From Phoronis australis (lineage: Eukaryota > Animalia > Phoronida): 64,000 bases of DNA. The translations under genes were made by a program, and so were the position numbers. The DNA lies in assembly GCA_002633005.1 (NCBI GenBank), contig NMRA01000070.1, positions 876,369 to 940,368 of the forward strand, in the 5' to 3' direction. This document shows positions 13,201-25,018 of the stretch, piece after piece (the stretch's first letter is position 1; each line of letters starts with the position of its first letter). A model generated the notes under the pieces. The model searched no databases. It was given only the letters and a program-made list of their open reading frames with translations, and was not told the DNA's origin.

Positions 13201-16018
13201 TGGCTTTCAGTGACAAGATATAGTAACAGAACAATTCCGTGAAGGTAAGTCTTTATTTCAGCAAAGAATTTACAACAATACGTAGTATTTCAATTAAATA
13301 TAATGCGAAATGTGCCAAAACGTCCGATAATTAGGTCACTTGACTGGCTGGCTAGATTTACAGCCCGCAATATATCCAAAGAAATATTATGGAAAAAATG
13401 TCAAAATGTCCGATAGATCGCTTATGCAGTTAAGTATATTGCAATACTTCAAAAATATTAGACTCTTTGTTTTCAACTTCCTACCTAAGAAGGCAAGTAG
13501 ATCCAAGAAGCTTCCGAATATTTCTTGCGAGGAAGGACGTCGCCATGATGGTTCTGTATCCATTTATTTTCTTTCGTGAAAACAAGTTTTCGTTATTTTC
13601 GCCATCTGGTGGAGGGCTCATAAACGTTGCACAAAAGACAAACTGACACGGTTAGTTCAATGGCGGAGCATCTTTCCCGAAGACTGGTGGACGAAAAAAA
13701 AACAAGAGAGGGTGCTAGATTCACGACTGGTAGACAAAAAAATCGGAAGACTCTGCAAAGAGAAAGTGCTAGAATTGCACTGAAAGACAATAGAAAGATG
13801 TTTAATCGAATTTGAACGATCTTTGGGCATTATACAGTACATATAGGGAGTATTAGTGAGTCGACTTATTTTCAGTCGAGAACTTTCCGACACCATTTGA
13901 TGCCATCTTCAAAACGCTCAGCTGTTACACTGAGCAAATGTCATGAAGATGTTTTGCTTTTGCACGAATGAGGTAACACAAATAAACTGCAAGAATTGTA
14001 TATTGATTTCTTTGGAAAAAATCAAAAGTTGCATAAAACAAAAACGCCCAGGCGCCGAGACTGAAATTGCAACAGTGGTAGCCTATTTGAAATGTCATCT
14101 TATCAAAAAACTCAATTTGGTCATGATAGGGATACCGTTATATTGCTATAATGGTACCTTTCTCATTTGCTATTTTTTTTCTAAACAGACACGAGCATGT
14201 AAGTCAGTTAATAGCAAATTGGTATAAGCATGAGTGCACCCCCGATAGTAAAAATGAAGCCGGGGGCTCGAGTTTTTGAGAATGTGGAGCTGTTATTAAA
14301 AACACAAGGTAAGATCATAACTATGAATTGTGCAATCGAATTTTGGTAGTTCCTGCCTTTTTAGTGGGTTTTTTGTCTCTCGGCGTTTTCCGGGGGGACG
14401 ACTGGACACGGCGCCCGGGTGCGAGCCCCCCGAGTCCCAGGGTGCACGCACGTCATGAAGTCAAAAATTAAATTTTACAGGCTTTCTACTTTCAGAAAAT
14501 ATGTACTTTAAGTGCTGGACTGGGCATAAATTTGCAGTTTTGTAGATTTCTCTTAATCAGATACCGAGCTGTCAAAAGGCCGGGTCTTTACTGACATGCA
14601 AGTCGCATGCAGTCGGCCCGAAATATAAAGTCGCCTGCCTGTTAGTTTTGACATTTTTAATTTTTGCAGAAAAAATATATGCATTTGAAGCTATTGTGAT
14701 ATGACTCATGAAGGGAGTACAAATGCACAGTCACATCACAGTTCTGAAAACTTTGCAAGTCTTTTTTGCGATTCACGTAACATTTAATGAACGCAATTTA
14801 GCACTTAGTTGAAAGTTTTACAAAATTCAGATGTGGTTCGAACGCTATGATCCAATGCCTGAGTACTCCTGGAGAACTGAGCCTAGCATTGGCGGCACAC
14901 CGGGCGGGGCTGCAGGACTATAGCCCCACGTCTCGTTTCAGCAACGAGTGCTGCGCCGCCCAATGGGAAGAAAAGGAGGGTTACGCCTCAGTCAGTGACC
15001 AAGAAGAGATCCTGCCGTCCGGTCAACCACTGCAGGTACTAATTTTGATAACACACATTAAGGACAGCGCTACGTAAGCTTGGCCTAATTTTTATCATTG
15101 TTTTTAGTTTTGACATTTAATATTATTTGACTCTGCCCGAAACGTTAACGGCATACCACTGCGAATTCCCCCGGCCACACGCGGGGTCGGGGCTTTCGGT
15201 AGCCGCCTCCGTCCAAATGAGCTGTGCTAACGGTTCTTGAAAGTTTCGGAGCGAACTGTTTATTCATGGTTAATCATGTGTGCAGTTTCAGAAAGCCACT
15301 GATAAAATATATTTTGTTGAGATCGATCGAGTTATCTGCCAACTAGATGAACTTTTTCATCAGAGTAGTACTACTGACGGTCACTTGAGCCTTGTCATGA
15401 CTACTATAGTAGGCGTCTCTCAATCATACCCGATGTCAGTCACAGTGGCGGAGTGCAGCGAAAGATTATCTCAGTATTCCTGGCCTGTGTGCGGAATACG
15501 GGATCAATGGAATATGAAGCAAGACGGGAAGGAAATGATAAAAAAGTAAACAATGGGCTACTTAGTTGGCTACATGACAATAGCGAACTCGGAAGAACCG
15601 TCGGGTGAAGTGTTGGACTCAATTGATGAAAAATTCTCCATGCCCCTTTCCACCCTTACATTTTTTTGGCTTTGACGGGGATAGATTTCACTGTGCAGCA
15701 CCAAAAGACTGATGCTTTTCGAAGTATCTCAACGGGCGATTCGGTTCCTCAGTGAGAGGGCAGTTGCCGGGTCACTAATGAGTTAGTAATTAGTGTCATA
15801 ACGGTCATGACTGGCCACCGGGTAGGCCCGTGTGTTGAGCCTGGTTACTTAATTCTGGTGTCAGTTGATCCACATAATTTTTCCCGTAGGTTCTGTTGTT
15901 GTTTTGAACGGCGGTAGCACCCGTCTTCGGTACTGGCGGCATTGACCGTAGTCGGATGCATCAGTAACGAGCCCACCCCGGGCAACGATAACATTTGTTT
16001 ACCCGGTAGAGTGCAGAT

Positions 16019-16069
16019 ACGCATGCGCACTTACTTAATAGATATCCGGTTAAGGTTGCCAATAACAAC
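16019..16069 (+). promoter_or_regulatory. Putative proximal promoter: NRF1-like site and RFX X-box-like element
   Basis: ACGCATGCGCA at 16019-16029; GTTGCC-AAT-AACAAC at 16055-16069 (one mismatch to GTNRCC-N0-3-RGYAAC), about 120 bp before the ATG at 16188. Confidence 0.4.
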
Positions 16070-16187
16070 AATAGCTTGATTCAACGGTGAAGCAGTTCTG
16101 AATGAGACAGTTCAGAACAAGCACACTCGACAGGCACACGCACCTGCTGCATATTTTGGATAACAACCAGTGGGTTAAAGACTTCTC

Positions 16188-19100
16188 ATGGCTACTGGTC
16201 ACGTTTTGCCCGGGTTTGGGCCTCATATCTCCGGACTTCGCAGGGTACAATCGGCCGGTTTGCCTGGAGTGATGGACACAACTCGGCTACACATCCAGAG
16301 GAAGGCTCTAACGGGCCACGGACTCGACAGCACGCGGTTTCAGCGAATCAGGGAAAACGCCAAAAATGAGTGGTCAAGACCCAACATGTACCAAACCACG
16401 TATGACAACACACACTACGAAAAGGTGCTTGATGAACCGACGAGACAAAGGCCCTGTTCTCCAACTAGAACCAACAAACCTCACCCCCCACTGTAAGTAT
16501 GCTTGTCGTGACAGTATCCTTTCCGTATAGTACTGTAGACTTATTCAACCACGAGACAGACTCTCCAAATCATGACTGTTTTCACACAGTAACACCAATT
16601 GCGTCTCGTAATGTGTCAGACTTCAGTATTCGGTGGGTACACTAAGGGAATTATGCATGTTATTGTTGTTTCGTTTTCACGCCGGGCGCTTTCCCTTGGT
16701 CGTAGCGACCGCCCTACTATATATCGTCTACACGTCACTATGCAGAAGGCATCCTCCATCATACCTCTTAAAGCGGCATCAGTAAATCCATTCTTTCTGT
16801 CCAGAAAAAAACAAGTTTGGGTTTATGGAATTTACCGTTATAGAATTGGCCTTGCTGTATCTCTGACTCCGTTAAGTAGTGACCCCTTGGCGTGGTAAGA
16901 ATACTTACCAGCGTTCTGGTACACGCAGTTTTACAGTTTACACCGTTTTTACTAAAAACGAAGATGATCTTCGTTACCCACAACGGTTTTAACTAATTAA
17001 AATTAGCAATCAACATTTTGTGCGTTGCTGTCAGTCGTATTTATAAATAATTTCAATCCAAACAGTCTTTGGCTTGGGCTGAGGATTAAATGACGCATTT
17101 GGAAATATTTTTGTTATGCCAATTCAATAGCAGGACATTTAGCAGTTATAACTATGCAACCATGGCAAGATGGCGATTTTTAAATCTAGCAGGCCGACTT
17201 TAAATTTAATTTTGACTTTTCTATTCGATTGATGACCACGCTACCACAGGTAACATGTGCTGCGTTCCTCAAAGCACGACTCGATATTTCGACTGTGAAA
17301 TATCAAATCTGACTTAATTTTATTTGTGCATCTCTTTGATAGAGTGTTTTTGGAGTGTCGGCTGCATCATGTTGAGGGCTTTCACAATCCAGACGCGGCT
17401 TTAGGAAAAAATATATATAGACGTGAGTATGAGTGCAGTTTTAATGTTGTTGTTGATCTTGTTGACTCTGTTGTTGTTATTGTTATTTGTTGTTTTATGG
17501 TTCGTTGTTGTCGTCATCGTCATTATTTCCGTTTTTAACTTTGTGTCTATAAGTTGTTACAACGTTCCCGTGTAGGCTAATGTTGTCGACATGTTTAAAC
17601 TGTCTTCCTTTCTGTATTCTTCTGCCGTGGTCTTGTTTGTTTCATTTTTTTTGTTATCACACACTTCTTCTTTTTTGTATATTCTGTATTTATTTTGACA
17701 AAAACAAATTCATCCATTCAAGCATAATCATGGGTTATAACAAAGTAAAACATTGGCAATTTTTTTCATATTTCGCTTGCTCACGCCCGTCAGAAAGCAA
17801 AGCTTACTTTTCGCCAAGCTGGTTTCCCTCAGTTTGCGAGTAAGTTGATTTTTCATACATTAGATACGAATAGAATTTGCACTTGTTTTAACTGAACAAG
17901 CGCGTTAGTGATGTTTCACAAATTGTTTTGACCTTGGACGGGTATTCATGCCAGCCGGAAGCACAAAGTCGCTTGTCCATGACCTGTAGTCTTCCACGTG
18001 TTCAAATGTCCCATCGAGCTAGTAGTGTTCATGGAAATTACGTTATCAGTTTTACGGCCGAAAAACAACACTTTGGTATTATTGTTGGTTAGGATGGATT
18101 TCTTCTTTGACCAGAATTTTGAAACAACTAAATCCTATGTATGTTTTTTTTTTTTTAATTTGTTGCAATTCGGCACCAGCGCGTGAACTGCAACCGCTGA
18201 GGCTGTGGCCTGACTCTACGTTACGACCGAACAGCGAAAAATTTTACTTTGATTTGTTCTTTGTGTGTGTTTTCAGCTGACGGTGCAGTTACAGCTGGCG
18301 AACGTTCCTTCAGAAGGGGTTACAGGTCAAAGTTCATAGGTCGACCTAGCACTGCAGCAGTCGCACAATATAGTGACATGGTAGGTTTTTGTGATTGACC
18401 AATTTTTTTTCCTGACCACGTAGAGCCCAGGGGTAGAATCAGACACTTCACTTCTTAATGTTTTTATACGAGGACAAACTGAGACTTTTTAGTCTTCACT
18501 GTTGGCACATGCATGGAGATGATTCCATGGACTTCCAATCAGTGATGACTGGCTCACTTGTAAATTCCCAATATAGCGACGTGTGTTCACGATATATTTC
18601 GAACCATTTTGTGGTCAACACGATATGAAATGCGAAACAGTTTATAAAAATTGGAAACATACATGCCCGACCTCCAACAACAGTGTTTAGTTAATTATGG
18701 CGACTAACCGCGAAGACAAACCTAAGGCGGTTTCCATGCGCGCATTATTGGAAATCGATTCTTGTTGCTTTGTTTTCTTATTTACAATTGTTGTGTGGAA
18801 TTCCAGTTAATAAACGATTGGCAATATCGATATTCAGCATAGTTTCCAATTTGACACTAGATAGCAGATATACGTTCAGGTAGGTCTCCACATGCCTGCG
18901 AGGATTTTCATAACGTGTGTGGTGAATTTCGACTGTTACATGTACCTGTGTTCTAGGACACTGATATTTAGCTACGTTCTAACCAAAAGGCACTACGCCT
19001 GCATACACTATCCTTTCTTTCAATCAAGTAAGAAAGCTGGGCCTTTTTGTTTTACGTTAACATAGATTAAATTATGTGGAATAGATAGGTTAAAAACAAT

Positions 19101-22100
19101 GCAAGTTACGTCGCCTACGTGTACTCATGACTTTCATTTACTTGCGCGGTAGAGACCCAATTATTGAAAAATTCGATGGCGCATTGGTGGCTTGCTACAA
19201 CTGAAAATAAACCAAGAATTTTAGACAAAAAATCCACAAATTTGTTGAAGTGTCATTAATGTGACGTGGAGTGGAATTTGGGCGCCCAAAATAGTAGACA
19301 CGACTTCGATTACCATAATAACGATACAAGTATACATGTATTCTATTGACTCTACAATGAATTGATTGGGAAACTTTTTAAACTCTCAGCAAATGTACGT
19401 ATGACACACAAAGGACAGGATTTGCAAAAAAATTGAAATGAGAATTACTCAAATGCGTACTTTTTACGCTATTTTCGAGTCCCAATATGTGACTTTGTTA
19501 TAAGCAACAAAATTGGATTATTTTTTATTATCGGAAGCTGTCGTTCAAAATTTTAATGGATCGCGGCTCTTAAGAATACGGTTACAAAGGAATAACACGT
19601 ACCTTTGGCAGGCGGTATGCCGCGTATGCGAACGTATTTGGGGATAGAGTTTTGCTGTAATTGACAAATATTTGTTATATGCATGTAAATGGTTTTAATT
19701 CCATGTTACCTGTTTCGGAATAGCTCACCATGCTTATCGCCGTCGCTACCAGCGTGTTCTTTGTAATTGTTTACGAACAATTCTTTACGCGAACAGGCAA
19801 ACAGACAACCAGCATCTTGCAAACGAGTGCCGAGAGATATACCCTAGCACCCACCAATATCTGCCACTCTAAGGGGCGAACCAAACTGATTCAGATGTTA
19901 TCTGGCTCCCAGATTTTAACATCGATGGCTTATCGTTATTGAAATAGAGACGGGGCATTTTTTGTTTCAGATCTGTTGGAAAAGCGTAAGAACACATGTT
20001 GTTGAAATATGATGTCACCTAACACCTTTTTTATTTTAGGAAATCTCTCCCCAGGAGTTGCAACATCAGCCCTCGGAAGCCTGGTTAGCTCAATCGAATC
20101 AACGAAGTAAGTGTGGTTGGAAATTTAGGAATGGGATGCCCTCATCCTCCTCTTTGATATGACTGTTGAGTTTCTTATTGCCAAAAAGCTGCACTGGTTA
20201 CTTATTTAATATAGACGCTGAGGTTATATTTTATAATGGTGAAAATGGGATGTTTCGTGAACAGGATTTAAATTGGATTGAAACTCATCGGCAGTTTTGT
20301 AAGTTGCACCGAGAGGAGAGTGGGGGGTCCCATCTCTCGCCTAAGGAAATGACAAAAAACGAGGTCAGCAGAAACCTGTTTGTAGATATTACGCGGACAT
20401 TCTTCTTCGAAAAATATGTCTGGTTCATGTCTTGCAACATGTTACGTCTAAAGCGTGGAGTTTCACCTTCTTTACTGTAGCACACCTGGTTGTAATTGAA
20501 CCTATGACAAAGAAAATGACCGTACAGTCTGTAGTTTACTGTATTTTGGAGTTCCTGTATTGACCACACTCGCAAGTGAATCGACGATGCATTCTAATTT
20601 GAACACGTGACAAGAGTAGCCTGGTTAATAGTATGCATGTAGAAGAGTTAAAAAAACGTGGACAACCTTCCTGTGACATTTCAGCGTCGTCAATCTTGCG
20701 AAAGCAAACAATCAGTTTTTTCGCCAAACCTTACTGATATCGTGCAGGACATTTCTGCGATCTTGACATAGTGCCAAATCGAATCTATCCTTATACATGT
20801 AGTGAGGCTAAGATTACATATTCTAGGTTTGACATTGTCTCACTTGAGTGGAGTTTTTGTCTTATCATGGTCACGAATGTTTGTTTAAGCGGGAAGACAC
20901 GCTCAAGCGGCTTTAGAAAATATGGAACAAGCTAACCAACAGGTAATTTGTAAATTGATTGCATTTTCTATTTATTGTTTACATTCGAGTAATTTACGTT
21001 CACTCATTCTCCGGCTTTGATTCGGCACCGCTTGTCGAACCTTCGCTTTGAAAATTGTCGTCAGAGCTGTGTTTAGCTTCGTTTGCCATTTTGAATAGAA
21101 GTTTTGTCCGCTGGGAACTCAACCGGCTCATTTCTGTTGGTCTTCTGCAGAGCGTTCGATGACGTGGGTAGAATGAGGAAGACCGAAAACCTAATGCAGC
21201 TGCGTTTTGATCCATGTTCTCTGAGAAAATGTTTTCCTTCGCTTTTACCCCAGTTTGCTTGCTGCTCAATACTTTGGATGTTGACGGTTTGTCGAACTTC
21301 GCTGTCGACCCCCTGCTGGCTTTGCTTTTGGCGATGCTCGCTTGCGACTCGTTCCGTTGCTCGTACTGTGCTACTCGCGACCGCGACGACGGTGGATCAC
21401 GGTGCGCGTCGTGTCCATGGTGTTTTCCTTTGGGCTTAACGGAATGAGGTCTCCTTAGTGAGTTGTCTGTGGATCGGCCAGAACTGATGTGATCACTACC
21501 GTGTTTCTGGTGGGGCTTTGCGGTATCGTGGTCCGCCTTATGGGCGTGACCCAAGGTGCTCCCCTCCCGGCGATGTCCTGTCTTGCATCGCTTGACGGCG
21601 GTCACTTCTGCTTTCAAATCGGAATGTTGAGGGTTACTAACCAAATTGAGGGACGGCGTGTTCATAATTTCGTTCATCGTCATTATCGGATTTCCCTGAT
21701 AATCTGTGTCATATGCTGTTGGAAACTGCTTCCGTTGGCGCCATGCTGCCGACGCCCTCTGGCGAATGTCAGAAAGATCTTTCAGGGCCTGAACGTCGGG
21801 TCTGCTGGCGGTTGAACCTTCTCTGGAACCTAAATCTGATTTTATGGAAGCTGGAGCATAATCGAGAATCGATGCTGCCGAATAGCGATTGCTTGCCATT
21901 TTGTACCTACGAAAGAATGTGACATAAATAACGCTGTGTCACAAAGCCGTGACGATAAAGTTTTGCATGTAGTCAGTAATGTAGCTCCGCCTCCGGCAGT
22001 TGCCAGTCGTGAACGTCAACTACAATGTTGAAGCTTATGCCTAATGAATTAGTTAATACACTAAAGCATTTGAAGACACCCCTGCTTGTTTGTGCACCAC

Positions 22101-23488
22101 TAAATATTTGTGCAAAGTAATTTTTAAATTCTGCCCACTAGGCCTACTTGATTACATATCCCCAGCTTTACCTAACTAGGTCACAGTTGTTGGGCTTCGC
22201 ACGAAATAGGGGCCCTCGGGTTTACCGGGGAAGGGGACTTGCTCGGAACTTGTAGCTACAGGGGCTGGATGAAAAGTTTAGACAAATCAGGAGATAAGTA
22301 TAGGTGAAAAATTAAGGTCACCGGAGGGCAGAGAAATTGTTACGAACCGACGGAAAGTTAAAATTAGTGTGATCCCCTGACTTTTCATAACTCAGGGCTT
22401 AACATACAGTAGCCTTGTTTTTAGGGGATCCGATAACCACTTAAAATTCCGGAAAAACTGTAACAATTTCGCATGAAAACATGCGTGAACGGGCTTTATT
22501 ATAGTAAATGTCTGAGGTCATTTTTGTATGTTTCAGTCATTCAAGGAAGGCGTTGTTCCTTCGCTTCATCGTTTCATGCGCATGGCCGGAGCTGAAGGTA
22601 CAGTGTATGTTTTTATGATACAACAAAATGTTCAGCCATTTTATAGTCTATGCTATGTTGGAGGTGTTTAGAGAGGTGTTAATCAATGACAGACTACAGT
22701 GACAACTGACTGTAGTCATGTCTTTTTCATACATTTTACTCGACACTCGGTTGACTGTACAGTGCCGTAGTTGTCAAGCTTTCACTTAAATTACTTTGCT
22801 CTAGAACGTTCAATTCCTGCATGGATTAAAAAGCGTCATCACATGACGTGGCTTTTATTTCCCACGTCTGGACTCCGAGCTTCATTTGAAGCAGTTATCG
22901 CCAGAGGGAGGGCGCGCTCCCCGATCGAGGGTTATAATTCTTCCAAATCTACAAGTTCCTCCATTTCTCCAGGCAAGATTTTCAAACCTCACTAAAGATA
23001 AATCCCAAAACTAAAAATGGCAATATTTGTTCCACTTTCGTTGTACTAGACGTCGATCACTGTGGATCAAACTGCATACGCGAGCGTGTTAGAGTTCCAA
23101 GGTAGTGCTCATCACATTTCCCGCCAAATTCTTACCTGACGCGCTAGGTTACCTTTGGCAGGCGGTCATCAATGACTTCACGCAGATACATGTACGAATC
23201 AATTTACCACTCTTGACCATGTTTACAGAACGCGAGGCAATGAACAAGTTGGTGGGACGGTTGGGTGGCGTTGAGCCCAATGTGCGGAAGGACCCCAACA
23301 TGATGATACCCCACCTGTCCATGGATGCACAGGGTACACGTCGTCATGATGACATAAACGGTGCACGTCGGGTCACATACAGATACAAGCCTCTCAGGGG
23401 CGATTTTCTTATACATCCCGACTATCCGCCGACGCTGAAACACCACCGACTACCCGATTGGCCTCAGCCAGATCCTTACAGCTCGTAA
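16188..23488 (+). CDS. Uncharacterised 341-aa protein, 7 exons: 16188-16492, 17343-17422, 18277-18380, 20040-20106, 20215-20363, 22537-22597, 23229-23488; ciliary/testis microtubule-inner-protein-like motifs
   Basis: All six introns are GT-AG with pyrimidine tracts, and phases (2,1,0,1,0,1) concatenate to one 1026-nt frame ending TAA. Motifs YQTTYDNTH, RPCSPTRTNKPHP, GVVPSLHRFM and DFLIHPDY resemble short motifs of axonemal/sperm proteins (recall, not searched). Confidence 0.8.
21000..21899 (-). CDS. 299-aa basic Ser/Arg/Lys/His-rich protein with intronless CDS, nested antisense in intron 5 of the 16188-23488 gene; member 1 of the LG[FL]xxSxxYP family
   Basis: 900-nt ORF with aaaATGGC start context; splice-acceptor-like ttctttcgtag just upstream (possible 5'UTR intron); minus-strand AATAAA at 20971-20976; shares the C-terminal motif with ORFs at 28685 and 31506. 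Confidence 0.8.
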   Translation of the reverse strand: MASNRYSAASILDYAPASIKSDLGSREGSTASRPDVQALKDLSDIRQRASAAWRQRKQFPTAYDTDYQGNPIMTMNEIMNTPSLNLVSNPQHSDLKAEVTAVKRCKTGHRREGSTLGHAHKADHDTAKPHQKHGSDHISSGRSTDNSLRRPHSVKPKGKHHGHDAHRDPPSSRSRVAQYEQRNESQASIAKSKASRGSTAKFDKPSTSKVLSSKQTGVKAKENIFSENMDQNAAALGFRSSSFYPRHRTLCRRPTEMSRLSSQRTKLLFKMANEAKHSSDDNFQSEGSTSGAESKPENE

Positions 23489-24441
23489 ATGAAAGGATGA
23501 TGTATAGAACTATGATAAATGATAGAGTTTTGACTCTCATGAGAAGACAGTTTACCTGTATTTTAGTCTGGTGCGTTTTGAGGAAGTTTAGTTTACTGAC
23601 AAAATCATTCCACTTAGCGATACTGACATGCAACTGCTGCCCTCTGTGCAGATGCAAGACATTGGAGAGAAAAGCTTATTGTAGCCAATTGTTTTTTGCG
23701 TCCACGGAAAGCAGCCCTCGTGTGTGGGAATGCCAACTTATGTGTCCCGTTTTTCAGTAAACGCAAGTATTCTGGATTCAGGTCAATTCAGGGTGGTACT
23801 GAACTATTTCAAAACTGTGAACTACGAAACTTGAAGCCTTGCTTCATTTTTTATTAGTCATGTTATGTTTTGAACTCCCTATTTTCATGAATTAGGTCTC
23901 TTGGTTTGCTGTCATTATTTTTCACGTCAATGCCTCCGAAGTCTTCTTGGCGTGCAAAACTTACAGCGATCGGGTTCAAACCTTAACGTATAATAAACTA
24001 GGATTATCACTTTTTTTCGACTGGGGTCCAACATGCCATTCAAACAAGGGTATGATTACTGGGTATATGGTATTCTGTTCCCTTCATTATATATCATCAT
24101 TTTTATGAAAGATTTATGTTTACGATTAAAAATAAATTCTTGGTATTTTCGATGTCAAGCTTTGCCGTGTTTGCGTTTTCCCACGTATTCATTAGCAAAA
24201 CCACTTTGGGCTCCGGTCTTTTTGGGTATTTTGTTTAATCCAGACTGGCAATGGTTTTTGATGTGGCACGTGATATATTTGTTGTATAATACAAAGCATG
24301 GGATATCGGTTTGGACCCCTAGAACGCATGGTAATTATTTGTCTATGAATGCAGATGAAAGCTTTTCAAATCCAAGCATGGAAACGGGTCACATGGTTTC
24401 GAGTTGGGCATGAGCAAGCGTATGCACAGTTGCGTGGTTTA

Positions 24442-25018
24442 TTACCTCGATTGTTCCCTGCGTGCCGCTAGGTCGGGCGGTAGCCGTGCCAGCACGCAGG
24501 TATCACTTAATTTTCCTCGGGAATTTTTTGTACACCAGCGTTTTTGATTGGCTGGTCGAATTCTCAACCGGCAGCACTTTACGCAAACAAACTGGCATGA
24601 GTGATGGACTGAAGTGTAAATGTTGTTCAGACAAATCGGTGCTTGAAATTCATGTTCAGGAAAAGTGAATCCAAGAAATTGTGGTTGCGCCTTTTCGGAG
24701 TGCATCTTTCAGCTGTCGATGACTTTTGTTTACGGTACTGTCCTGTATTCATACAGTGTGAATAACACACCGGTTAAATCGGCCAGATATGTGCTCATTG
24801 TACATGTACATGTATGTGCTTCAAGCACGCGGCTATTAAACATCATTGCAGAGTTGCCGCGACGCCATTTGCATGACAAGGCTAAAAACCGTTCACAGTC
24901 CGCCATTTTTTTACTGCTGAGGTTACATCAACCAATGCTAAAGCGCGTGCCACCGCGTGATACCTGCGTGCTGGCTAGGCGGCACGTTGGGGACCGGCGA
25001 GGGTTTACAACAGGGTAA
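24442..25018. mobile_element. MITE-like element with inverted repeats
   Basis: Perfect 19-bp inverted pair gccagcacgcaggtatcac (24488-24506) / gtgatacctgcgtgctggc (24957-24975); weaker pairing extends to ttacc...ggtaa ends. Confidence 0.6.

Noticed and set aside
13627-13815. CFAP97-like basic coiled-coil peptide (RESARIALKDNRKMFNRI)
   Set aside because: Short and low complexity, with no supporting exon structure.
12623-16188. Bidirectional promoter shared by NDUFAF3 and the plus-strand gene
   Set aside because: Starts are ~3.5 kb apart with repeats between, and the NDUFAF3 first exon is uncertain.
21104-21922. Plus-strand ORFs overlapping the 299-aa gene, and similar shadows over 28854-29093, 42100-45969 and 60117-61919
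   Set aside because: Antisense or alternate-frame shadows of real coding sequence.
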